From an uncultured Anaerolineaceae bacterium (GTDB lineage: Bacteria > Chloroflexota > Anaerolineae > Aggregatilineales > Phototrophicaceae), in NCBI GenBank assembly GCA_964652205.1, contig CAZZAO010000003.1, positions 15,196-79,195 of the forward strand: DNA of 64,000 nucleotides, in the 5' to 3' direction. A program made the translations under genes and the position numbers. This document shows, one piece after another, positions 1 to 7,875 of the stretch. The notes under the pieces were generated by a model. The model did not search any database. It was not told the origin of the DNA and saw only the letters and a list, made by a program, of their open reading frames with translations. Positions within the stretch are counted from its first letter, which is position 1. Each line of letters opens with the position of its first letter.

Positions 1-651
1 GTCGCCGATGTCGAGGTTGAGCTGGCCGGTGCCGATGTTGGCCTGAAGCTCGACCGACGTCCCCGATGGAATGTGGACGTTGACCTCGCCGACGCCGCCG
101 CTGATGTGCGCGGTGTAATGGCGGCTGTTTTCAGGCAGCGTCAGCTCGAGCTGCCCCGTGCCGCCATCAACATCGAGCGCCGCTAACTGGAGTTTACGCA
201 GGTCGAGCGTCGTCTTGCCGATGCCGCTGTGAACGTCGAGATCGAGCGGAATCCGCGAGGTCAGGCCGACGTTCCAGCGCAGGCGACCCTGCGTGCCGAT
301 CCAGCCGAACAGGTTACGCGCCCAGTCAGCGGCGTCGGCCTGCTGGCTGACGTTGATGACCTTGCGCTCGTCCCCGGTGACGGCGAACTTGATCTGACCA
401 ATGTGGGTAATCTCGGCGTCGATCAGGTTGTCGCCACCGACGGCGCTGTTGACGACCGTCTCGGCCACCGGGATATCGAGGCGGACGCGAGCCGCCGTCG
501 CCGCGCCGACCGGCTCGGCGAACTGCTCGGTCTTGACCGCTTCAGGGTCATTGACCCCGATATTGCGGACAAAGCCGTTAATCTGGTCGGCCAGCTCATC
601 GAACGAGAATGACCATTCGGTACGGTAGGTCTTCTGCTTCTCTTCAGCCAT
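1..651 (-). CDS. Partial CDS (N-terminal 217 codons; the C-terminus runs off the left edge). Toastrack / LiaF-C-terminal-like (DUF2154/DUF4097-type) beta-solenoid protein.
   Basis: Absent from the ORF track because it is open at the window edge. Reverse-strand ATG at 651..649 with AAGAAGGG about 7 nt upstream. Translation: MAEEKQKTYRTEWSFSFDELADQINGF...DLRKLQLAALDVDGGTGQLELTLPENSRHYTAHISGGVGEVNVHIPSGTSVELQANIGTGQLNLDIGD. The repeated G-x-G-x-hydrophobic rungs are typical of toastrack domains. High GC3. Confidence 0.6.
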   Translation of the reverse strand, partial: MAEEKQKTYRTEWSFSFDELADQINGFVRNIGVNDPEAVKTEQFAEPVGAATAARVRLDIPVAETVVNSAVGGDNLIDAEITHIGQIKFAVTGDERKVINVSQQADAADWARNLFGWIGTQGRLRWNVGLTSRIPLDLDVHSGIGKTTLDLRKLQLAALDVDGGTGQLELTLPENSRHYTAHISGGVGEVNVHIPSGTSVELQANIGTGQLNLDIGD

Positions 652-954
652 GATTGCCCTTCTTTCGTACTTGATTGATCGGGCGGCGTGAGCCGCGCCC
701 GTGTCTGCTCAGTCCGGGCCATCGGGGCGCTGCTGGCCTGGCGCGCGTTCCAGCGCCGACTTCGCTGCGATGGGTATTCACAGACCAGTACGCAGGGTCA
801 ATGACAGGAGTTGCAAAATCGTGTCATTCGTCATGACGGCTCAACTTATCGCCGCCGTTCTGACGAGATGACTCGCCACAGCCACCCTACGGCTGCCCTA
901 CGCCGATGCGCCCGCCAAGCGCAGAGCGGGCAGGATAGACGCTCCACTCATCTC

Positions 955-963
955 TGCTAGAAT
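955..963 (+). promoter_or_regulatory. Putative extended -10 promoter element (TGCTAGAAT) upstream of the PBP gene
   Basis: TGnTAGAAT motif about 65 nt upstream of the ATG at 1028. The same TGnTA(G/C/A)AAT pattern recurs upstream of several other genes in this window. Motif only. Confidence 0.3.
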
Positions 964-1027
964 AAAGACGACGGGTTGAGGATGGAAGCTCACGCTTCAT
1001 TCTCCGACCCAGGCGAGAAAGTGGAGC

Positions 1028-4000
1028 ATGTCCCTTATGCCCGACCAGGAAAAAGACCCGCGTCCCGACAGCGATTTGCCGGAGAAGCCGCCTTTGAATC
1101 AGGCGCGGCCCGACGATTCCGACAACGCCGCCGATCTGCCCGACGAGCCGAAGCTCGCTGACGACGACACCGCCGATCTGGTGCTGCCGACCTATGGCGA
1201 GCCAGCCGTCAACGAAGAAGAACGCATCGCCGAGCTGGATCGCTTCGACCTGCCGACCATGCCCATCCCGCCGGAGTCGGAAGCGACCGACCCGAAGCGG
1301 ACGCTTCCCGGCAGCGGCGGCTTCGACCCGAACCCCGATTTTGGCCGGGGCAAGTCGCCCGAACCGCAGGACGGCAACACCATCCCGCACATCGTCCCCT
1401 TCGAGTACACGATGGTTCACGTCCCCGGCGAGCAGCCGATCAAGCGCCAGCCGCCGCGCGCCGGGTACACCGAGGCGAACGCGCCTGCCGGGCCATCGGC
1501 GTTCAATCAGCCGACCCTCGGCCCGACACGCTCGCCCTATGAACGCCCGCAGTACACCACGCCGCAGGCCCCGGCCCAGCCGCAGGCCCCGCTGCCGCGC
1601 CGCCGCCCCGGCACGAAAAAACGCCGGATTCTCGGCTGCTCGCCCGGCTGCCTGATGGTCATCGTCGGCCTGCTGGTCACGTTCTGCGGCGGCCTGACGC
1701 TAATTACGCTGGTGCTGTCGGCCACGCTCGGCACGCGGTTAGAGCAGCAGCTTCAGGCGCAGGTCGCCAACGTCGATACCTATCAGAATTTCCAGAGCAC
1801 TTTCTTCTACGACCGCAACGGTAAGCAGCTTTACGAAGCCTTCAACGAAGGCAAGCGCACCAACGTCAGCTATCAGGACTTCCCGCAAGACCTGATTAAC
1901 GCCACCGTCGCCACCGAGGACGACAGCTTCTGGACAAATCCCGGCATCGACGTGGCCTCGACCGCGCGCGCCTTTTTGCAGTACGTCAACATCGCAAAAG
2001 GCGAGAGCGGCGGCAGCACCATCACGCAGCAGCTTGTCCGTGGCGTGCTGTTCAATTACGAGTACCGCTCTGAGCGCAGCGTGCAGCGCAAGGTCGAGGA
2101 GATTATGCTAGCGGTGCTGCTCAATCAGCGCCGGTCGAAACAAGACATCCTCACTATGTACCTGAACGAGATTTACTACGGCAACCTTGCCTATGGCGCG
2201 GAAGCCGCCGCGCAGACCTTCTTCGGCAAGAACGCCAGCCAACTGACGCTCGGCGAGTCGGCGCTGCTGGCCGGGCTGCCGCAAACGCCGTCGGAACTCG
2301 ATCCGCTCAACCCTGACCCGAACACGCAGGCGGCGGTGCAGGCTCGCTGGCGGCTGGTGCTCGACCGGATGGTGCGGCTGCATTACATCACCGACGCGCA
2401 GCGCAATCAGGCGCTGACTGCCGGGCTGACCTTCTCGCCGCCCGACGCGCCGCTCAACGCGCCCCATTTCACCGTCTACGCGCAGCAGGAAATGCAATCG
2501 CTGCTGGCGAGCCTCGGCTACACGCCGCAGGACATCGCTACCGGCGGCCTCAAGGTCTATACGACCGTTGACCTGAACCTCAACGATCTGGCCCAGCAGG
2601 CCGCCCGCGACCAGATTTCCAGGCTGACGGCCAACAACGTCAGCAACGCGGCGGTGCTGGTGCTTAAGCCGGGAACCGGCGAGATCATGGCGATGATCGG
2701 CAGCGTCGATTACAACAACGATGCCATCGACGGCAAGGTGAACGTGACGACTGCGCTGCGCCAGCCGGGCAGCACCATGAAAGCCTTCACCTATTCGGCG
2801 GCGATGGAACGCGGGACGCTGACGCCGGAAAGTATCCTCTGGGACACGCCGACCGACATCAACGGTTACAGGCCGGTCGATTACGACGGCACCTACCACG
2901 GGCCAATGCGGATGCGAACGGCCCTCGCCAACAGTATCAACATCGCTGCGGTGCAGGCGCTCCGGCAAACCGGCGTCGATTACCTGCTGGCCTATATGCA
3001 GCGTTTCGGTGTCGAAAGTCTGGGCAGCGACGCCAGCAAGTATGGCCTGTCGCTGACGCTCGGCGGCGGCGAAATCACGCTGCTCGAACTGACGCGCGGC
3101 TACAGCGTCTTCGCCAATCAGGGCGCGCTCGTGCCGACGACCTCGATCCTGTGCATCGTCAACAGCAAGGACGAAATCCTTTACCAGTACGAGAATAGCT
3201 GCCCCAATGGCACGCCGACCAGCAGGACGGTCAGCCGCGCCGGTTACGGCAAGACGGTGCTTGACCCGCGCATCTCCTACATCATCACCGACATCCTCGG
3301 CGACAACGTCGCCCGCAGCATGGCGATGGGCGCAAACAGCCCGCTCAACACCGGCAGCCTGCAAACCTCGGTCAAGACCGGCACGACGAACGATTTCAAG
3401 GATAACTGGACGGTCGGCTACACCCGCAACGTCGCGGTCGGCGTCTGGGCGGGCAACAGCAATGGCGCGCCGATGGTCAACTCGTCCGGCCTGACCGGCG
3501 CAGCCCCGATCTGGCACAGCGTCATCACGGCGATCTATGCCAACTCGTCGCTGCTGGATGAATTCGCTATCGACGGCCAGCTTCAGGCTGACCGGCCCGA
3601 TCAGCCGCAGGGGATGAGCCTGCATCAGATGTGCGACCTCAACTCAATCAAGGAGCCATCGACCGACTGCTCGGCGACCGTCCGTGATTGGCTGCTCGAC
3701 GGCCCGGCAGGAGTCCCCGACCAGAACGGTAATCTCCAGTTCCCGCAGCAGCAGGCCCAGCCGCCCGACCAGCCGCCGCCAACTGGCCCGTGGCTGCGCG
3801 TGATCGAGCCGGGGATTTATAAAGTCACCGTCCACCCGATTCCACCGGACGTCGCCAGCCAGATTCAGTTCAATGTCCAGCCCGGCCAGCAGCAGCCGCT
3901 GCCGCCGCTCTACTGTCAGGTTCCGGTCGAAGCCATTCCGAGCGATCCGAGCGCCAGAGATCAGATTTTCATCGGCCCGCCGCCGGACGCGCAGGACGCC

Positions 4001-4408
4001 ATCAAGGCCGAGCAGTGGGCGCGCAGCGCCGGGATCGCCTTCCTGCCCTCGATTGCCTGCGACGGCACACTGCTCTCGATCACCAGCGGCAGCAGCCCGA
4101 TTGTCATCACCGCTGTCATCAGCTCGCCGACGCCGAATCAGGTCATGCCGTCAACCGGCTTCCCGATCCTCGGCACGGCAGAATTCGGCCAGAATCAGGC
4201 CAGCTACTATAAGGTCGAGATCACCGGCGGTCAGTTCGGCGACCAGTGGTTAACTATCGGCAGCACGCATCCCAACAGCGTCGTCAACAACCAGTTGGAG
4301 TTCGTGCAGGGCTTGCAGCCAGGCAACTACACGATTCAGTTGATTGTCGTCGGCCTCGACGGCAACTACGTCCAGTCGCCGTATCAGGTTCCGTTCACGG
4401 TGCAGTAA
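1028..4408 (+). CDS. Class A penicillin-binding protein (bifunctional transglycosylase/transpeptidase, PBP1A-like) with long low-complexity N- and C-terminal extensions
   Basis: GT51 motifs EDDSFWTNPGID and GGSTITQQL. Transpeptidase motifs SxxK (STMK), SxN (SIN) and KTG (KTGTT). One TM segment (ILGCSPGCLMVIVGLLVTFCGGLTLITLVL) follows a Pro-rich tail of about 200 aa. A C-terminal region of about 330 aa has PQ-rich linkers. Confidence 0.95.
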   Translation: MSLMPDQEKDPRPDSDLPEKPPLNQARPDDSDNAADLPDEPKLADDDTADLVLPTYGEPAVNEEERIAELDRFDLPTMPIPPESEATDPKRTLPGSGGFDPNPDFGRGKSPEPQDGNTIPHIVPFEYTMVHVPGEQPIKRQPPRAGYTEANAPAGPSAFNQPTLGPTRSPYERPQYTTPQAPAQPQAPLPRRRPGTKKRRILGCSPGCLMVIVGLLVTFCGGLTLITLVLSATLGTRLEQQLQAQVANVDTYQNFQSTFFYDRNGKQLYEAFNEGKRTNVSYQDFPQDLINATVATEDDSFWTNPGIDVASTARAFLQYVNIAKGESGGSTITQQLVRGVLFNYEYRSERSVQRKVEEIMLAVLLNQRRSKQDILTMYLNEIYYGNLAYGAEAAAQTFFGKNASQLTLGESALLAGLPQTPSELDPLNPDPNTQAAVQARWRLVLDRMVRLHYITDAQRNQALTAGLTFSPPDAPLNAPHFTVYAQQEMQSLLASLGYTPQDIATGGLKVYTTVDLNLNDLAQQAARDQISRLTANNVSNAAVLVLKPGTGEIMAMIGSVDYNNDAIDGKVNVTTALRQPGSTMKAFTYSAAMERGTLTPESILWDTPTDINGYRPVDYDGTYHGPMRMRTALANSINIAAVQALRQTGVDYLLAYMQRFGVESLGSDASKYGLSLTLGGGEITLLELTRGYSVFANQGALVPTTSILCIVNSKDEILYQYENSCPNGTPTSRTVSRAGYGKTVLDPRISYIITDILGDNVARSMAMGANSPLNTGSLQTSVKTGTTNDFKDNWTVGYTRNVAVGVWAGNSNGAPMVNSSGLTGAAPIWHSVITAIYANSSLLDEFAIDGQLQADRPDQPQGMSLHQMCDLNSIKEPSTDCSATVRDWLLDGPAGVPDQNGNLQFPQQQAQPPDQPPPTGPWLRVIEPGIYKVTVHPIPPDVASQIQFNVQPGQQQPLPPLYCQVPVEAIPSDPSARDQIFIGPPPDAQDAIKAEQWARSAGIAFLPSIACDGTLLSITSGSSPIVITAVISSPTPNQVMPSTGFPILGTAEFGQNQASYYKVEITGGQFGDQWLTIGSTHPNSVVNNQLEFVQGLQPGNYTIQLIVVGLDGNYVQSPYQVPFTVQ

Positions 4409-4411
4409 AAG

Positions 4412-4509
4412 GAGAACCGAGAACCGAGACAAGGCTAAGTTTTCTCTCGCTATGCGGTCAAGCCACAGTCCGCAGCATTGATCGGTGGGCTTTTACTTTT
4501 CTCGGTTCT
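4412..4509. repeat. Inverted pair of GAGAACC heptamer repeats (GAGAACCGAGAACCGAGA at 4412..4429, TTCTCGGTTCT at 4499..4509) just downstream of the PBP stop codon
   Basis: Read directly. The arms are complementary over about 11 nt and enclose about 70 nt. The same heptamer occurs as a 7-unit array at 51420..51471. Confidence 0.7.
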
Positions 4510-4576
4510 ACGTCTCCGATAGGTTGTGATTCGATGAGACCTGGCCGCGCGCACTCCCCCGACGCCACCGCTCTAA

Positions 4577-4584
4577 TGTAGAAT
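4577..4584 (+). promoter_or_regulatory. Putative extended -10 (TGTAGAAT) upstream of csaA
   Basis: TGnTAGAAT-type motif about 60 nt upstream of the ATG at 4646. Motif only. Confidence 0.3.
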
Positions 4585-4645
4585 GCTGGCAGATCGTCAC
4601 GCGGAATCGCTGCTGTTCTAATAGAGACCGAGGGGAATCAGGGCC

Positions 4646-4978
4646 ATGACCATCACTTACGACGACTTCGAGAAGGTCGATATCCGCGTTGGCGAGATTA
4701 TGGAGGTGCTGGACTTCCCCAAAGCCCGCAACCCGTCGTACCAGATTCTCATCGATTTCGGCGCTGAGATCGGCGAGCGCTGGTCGAGCGCCCAACTCAC
4801 CCACTATTTCAAAGAAGAGCTGGTCGGCAGACAGGTGATCGCGGTCGTCAATTTCGAGCCGAAGAACATCGCCGGGTTCCTGTCCGAATGCCTGATCCTC
4901 GGCGTGCCGATGGACGACGGCCAGGTATCGCTGCTCACCCCGACGAAGCTCGCTACCCTCGGCGGGAAAATGTTCTAG
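4646..4978 (+). CDS. csaA: tRNA-binding domain protein / export-related chaperone CsaA
   Basis: 110 aa. DDFEKVDIRVGEI...IDFGAEIG...SSAQLT...QVIAVVNFEPKNIAGFLSECLILG is collinear with my recollection of Bacillus CsaA and the MetRS C-terminal tRNA-binding domain. Confidence 0.9.
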   Translation: MTITYDDFEKVDIRVGEIMEVLDFPKARNPSYQILIDFGAEIGERWSSAQLTHYFKEELVGRQVIAVVNFEPKNIAGFLSECLILGVPMDDGQVSLLTPTKLATLGGKMF

Positions 4979-4982
4979 CGGG

Positions 4983-5084
4983 TTACTCCAGTACGCGGAC
5001 ACGAAGCTGTTCGGCGAGGGTGTGGCCGATGATGCGGCACTCATTGCCGAGCCGAAGCTGAATCGGGCCGTTGAACGGCCCGAT
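4983..5084 (-). pseudogene. Orphan duplicate of the 3' end of the DtxR-family gene (C-terminal FeoA/SH3-like fragment, no start codon)
   Basis: 4990..5084 matches 5781..5875 at 92 of 95 nt. The reverse-strand frame reads IGPFNGPIQLRLGNECRIIGHTLAEQLRVRVLE-stop, versus IAPFNGPIQLRLGNEYRIIGHTLAEQLRVRVLDQT at the end of the intact gene. Confidence 0.8.
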
Positions 5085-5107
5085 TTTTGTGTGTTTTAGC
5101 AGATTTT

Positions 5108-5599
5108 CTACAGCCGATGCGAGAGCACCCTGAGCACGTGAGTAACCAGATGCTCCGGCGGCACATTGTGGATAATGGCAAGCTGCTTCATCATCTCGCC
5201 GTTGTCGAACACGCTGTTGGCACTCTGAATCCGACCGTCGATGACGCTGGCGATCAGCATCCCGGTCACTGAGATGTGCTGGCCGGACGGCCCCAACTCA
5301 AGGAACTGACCGGTATGCGTCCCGGAGAAGGTATACTGCACCGCCACTTTGTCGTCCTCGGCCAGAATATTATCGACGGTAAAATGAATATCGGGGAAGC
5401 CGGTGCGAAAGAGCATCACCCGGCGCTTGAGGCCGTCACGACCCAGTGTTTGCCCGTGCGCGCTGGCCGAACCATCGGTCTGGACGGGCGCGTCGAGGAC
5501 GTAATAGTCGCCGTAGATCTCGTCAACGACGTCGAGCTTGCCTTGATTGAGCACTTCATCGAAATGGCGGCGCAAAAGGGCCTTGTTCGCCTCAGACAT
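5108..5599 (-). CDS. SnoaL-like ester cyclase / polyketide cyclase family protein
   Basis: 163 aa. The N-terminal NKALLRRHFDEVLNQGKLDVVDEIY... and later FTVDNILAEDDKVAVQYTFSGTHTG are typical of the ester-cyclase (NTF2-like) family. Confidence 0.85.
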   Translation of the reverse strand: MSEANKALLRRHFDEVLNQGKLDVVDEIYGDYYVLDAPVQTDGSASAHGQTLGRDGLKRRVMLFRTGFPDIHFTVDNILAEDDKVAVQYTFSGTHTGQFLELGPSGQHISVTGMLIASVIDGRIQSANSVFDNGEMMKQLAIIHNVPPEHLVTHVLRVLSHRL

Positions 5600-5669
5600 G
5601 GGGACTCCTGATCGCTACGCTGCTGGCGGTATGAACACTGTCTCAGATCAAACTCAGGCGGGGCAGTTC

Positions 5670-5678
5670 ATTGTACCA
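5670..5678 (-). promoter_or_regulatory. Putative extended -10 (TGGTACAAT on the minus strand), sitting in the loop of a GC-rich hairpin upstream of the ester cyclase gene
   Basis: The minus strand reads GGCGGGCAGGGTGGTACAATGAACTGCCCCGCC. Imperfect arms of about 9 bp flank the TGnTACAAT motif, about 70 nt upstream of the ATG at 5599. Motif only. Confidence 0.3.
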
Positions 5679-5767
5679 CCCTGCCCGCCCCGAAACAGGA
5701 AGCTTTCAATAAGGGATCGCAACTGTTTTAGGCGCAATACAAGCTTGTGGCTGTCTGGAAGCAGGTA

Positions 5768-6466
5768 TCAAGTCTGATCGAGTACGCGGACACGAAGCTG
5801 TTCGGCGAGGGTGTGGCCGATGATGCGGTACTCATTGCCGAGTCGAAGCTGAATCGGGCCGTTGAACGGCGCGATGTTCAGTAATTCGAGGTGAACGTCG
5901 GGGACGAGGTGCAGCGCCGCCAGATATTCAAGCCGGTCGGACTCACGCGTGCGGACGCGCGTCAGTTCCAGCGGCGTCTTGAGCGGCGCGCTCAACAGCG
6001 GCAGATCGTGCAGGTCGGGTAAGTTGCCGTCAGCGTCGGGGATCGGCTCACCGTGCGGGCAGCGCGTCGGGTTGCCCGCCATCTGCGCCATGCGCTCGGC
6101 GATGGTATCGCTCAGGGCGCGGCTGATCTGATTGGCCTCGTCGTGAACTTCATGCCACTTGAAGTCCATCACCTTGACCAGAAACGCCTCGACGATCCGG
6201 TGACGGCGCAGGAACTTGAGCGCCTCGCGCGTTCCGGCTTCAGTCAGGCGGATGCCCTGATACGGCTCATGATTGAGCAGGCCGAGTTCCTTGAGCCGCG
6301 TCACCATGCGATTGACGGCAGGCGCGCTGACGTCGAGCAGGTCAGCCAGCGCCGAGGTGCTGACGAACGTCGAGGCATCGCTCTGGCGGTCGCTCAGGCG
6401 ATAAATTTCCGCGAGATAGTCGCGCATGGTGGGGCTGAGGTCGTCGGTTATCGAGGGATCGGCCAT
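5768..6466 (-). CDS. DtxR/MntR/IdeR-family metal-dependent transcriptional regulator with C-terminal FeoA/SH3-like domain
   Basis: 232 aa. N-terminal wHTH (MRDYLAEIYRL...SALADLLDVSAPAVNRMVTRLKELGLL), dimerisation/metal region (RRHRIVEAFL...WHEVHDEA...CPHGEPIP), and a C-terminal FeoA-like domain. Confidence 0.9.
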   Translation of the reverse strand: MADPSITDDLSPTMRDYLAEIYRLSDRQSDASTFVSTSALADLLDVSAPAVNRMVTRLKELGLLNHEPYQGIRLTEAGTREALKFLRRHRIVEAFLVKVMDFKWHEVHDEANQISRALSDTIAERMAQMAGNPTRCPHGEPIPDADGNLPDLHDLPLLSAPLKTPLELTRVRTRESDRLEYLAALHLVPDVHLELLNIAPFNGPIQLRLGNEYRIIGHTLAEQLRVRVLDQT

Positions 6467-6487
6467 GCGGCGTGGGCGCTCCCGGCT

Positions 6488-7219
6488 TTACCAGCCGTGT
6501 TCGAGCCGGGCGATCAGACGCTCCGGCAGGTCATAACGGCGCATCCGCCGCTGAACGGCGGGGATATCATACGGGACGCGGCGATGCTCCCAGACGTTGG
6601 TTTCGACGTCGAGCAGCGCATAGGCCGCTTCCGGGTTGGCATCGCGCGGCTGACCGACGCTGCCGGGATTGATGATCTGCCGCCGCCCGTTCAACTGGCG
6701 CTGATAGCGATAATGCGGCGCGATAGCGGCTGTCTCGCCCTGCTCATTGAGCAGCTCGTAAATCACCGGCTGATGGGTGTGGCCGACGAGGCAGTACGGC
6801 GTCTCGAAGTGGCTGAAATTGAGCGCGGCGATCAGCGGCTCGAGGATATATTCCCAGACCGGTTCGCGCGGACTTCCATGAGCCAGCGTATAATCGCCGA
6901 TGACGAAGGTCGTCGGCAGCGCTTCGAGGTAAGCGGTGTTCTCCGGCTTGAGCGTCTCGCTCGTCCAGTTGACCGCCTTGCGGGCGTCGTGGTTGAAGGT
7001 GCGAATGTCGAGCCGACCGAGCGCCGCCCAGTCGTGGTTCCCGGCGAGGCACAGGTGCGGCAGCGTCTTGAGCAGCTCGACCGACTCGTTCGGGTCAGGC
7101 CCGTAGCCAACGACATCGCCGAGACACCAGACGTAGTCCCACTGCCCTTTAGCATCCTTAAGAACCGTCTCAAAGGCAGTTAGATTGGCGTGAATATCGG
7201 AGATAATGAGGACGCGCAT
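6488..7219 (-). CDS. Calcineurin-like metallophosphoesterase (YfcE/MJ0936-type)
   Basis: Motifs ISDIHAN, CLGDVVGYGP, AGNHD, VGHTH. The start is taken at the ATG (MRVLIISDIH). The ORF track begins 5 codons upstream at a GTG (7234). A 21-nt gap separates it from the downstream DtxR gene, so they likely form an operon. Confidence 0.9.
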   Translation of the reverse strand: MRVLIISDIHANLTAFETVLKDAKGQWDYVWCLGDVVGYGPDPNESVELLKTLPHLCLAGNHDWAALGRLDIRTFNHDARKAVNWTSETLKPENTAYLEALPTTFVIGDYTLAHGSPREPVWEYILEPLIAALNFSHFETPYCLVGHTHQPVIYELLNEQGETAAIAPHYRYQRQLNGRRQIINPGSVGQPRDANPEAAYALLDVETNVWEHRRVPYDIPAVQRRMRRYDLPERLIARLEHGW

Positions 7220-7272
7220 CCGGGCGACCTTCACTGCGGTAGATAACAGGACGTAATCTTTTGCATGATAAC

Positions 7273-7875
7273 ATGCTTTCAGCCCACTTGCGAATTAAGA
7301 GCCGTCCGGCGCAACTGTTTTTGAGCGTGATTCTGGCGCTGACAGCCTGCGCTCCCGCCGCGCCCTCAGCCACGCCGACGCAGGAGATCGCCCCGGTTTC
7401 GACCGCCGTCGTCGGCACGGCAGAAGCTGCGGCGACGACAGTGACCGGCACGCCAGCCATCTCGCCCACGCCGACCGTCTCGCCTTACCCGTGGACGGAC
7501 GCCAGCGCCCTCATGAGCGGGCTGTGCTTCGAGTCGGTCGATGACGCGGCGGGCAAGGTCTACGTGCTGCGCAGCGCCGACGAACTGGCCCACTTCTACG
7601 ATCTGGCCGATCACAGCAGGCTCTGCCGCCAGCCGGTCGGTCGCGGGCAGTTCGATTTCGACGGCGGCAGGATTCTGGCCGGGCTGTGGAGCAAGGGGAC
7701 GGGCTGTAGCGCGCATCACGAGGTCGATGACGTTCGCCGCGACGACACCGCGCGGACGCTGTTCATCTTCCTGCGCTTCGTCACCGAAGGCAACTGCACC
7801 TACGAACTGGTACGCCCGTTCTGGATCGCGCTCGGCGGCCTGAATCAGTACGACATACAGATCGTCGTCAGCTAG
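7273..7875 (+). CDS. Putative lipoprotein, function unknown
   Basis: Signal peptide with lipobox (MLSAHLRIKSRPAQLFLSVILALTAC), an Ala/Thr/Pro-rich linker, then a Cys-containing globular region. The start is taken at the in-frame ATG at 7273; the track gives a TTG at 7261. It overlaps the convergent GT-C gene by 8 nt. Confidence 0.7.
   Translation: MLSAHLRIKSRPAQLFLSVILALTACAPAAPSATPTQEIAPVSTAVVGTAEAAATTVTGTPAISPTPTVSPYPWTDASALMSGLCFESVDDAAGKVYVLRSADELAHFYDLADHSRLCRQPVGRGQFDFDGGRILAGLWSKGTGCSAHHEVDDVRRDDTARTLFIFLRFVTEGNCTYELVRPFWIALGGLNQYDIQIVVS

Noticed and set aside
2108-3625. 505-aa minus-strand ORF, plus many similar long ORFs: 6053..7183 (+), 15975..16967 (+), 34158..36416 (-), 37997..39061 (-), 40495..41685 (-), 47383..48501 (+), 53519..54733 (-), 57150..58640 (-), 61146..62078 (+)
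   Set aside because: Each lies antisense to, or out of frame with, a gene that has clear family motifs. Their translations are Arg/Ala/Gly/Pro-rich low-complexity sequence, typical of stop-codon-poor shadow frames in high-G+C DNA. No family motifs were recognised.
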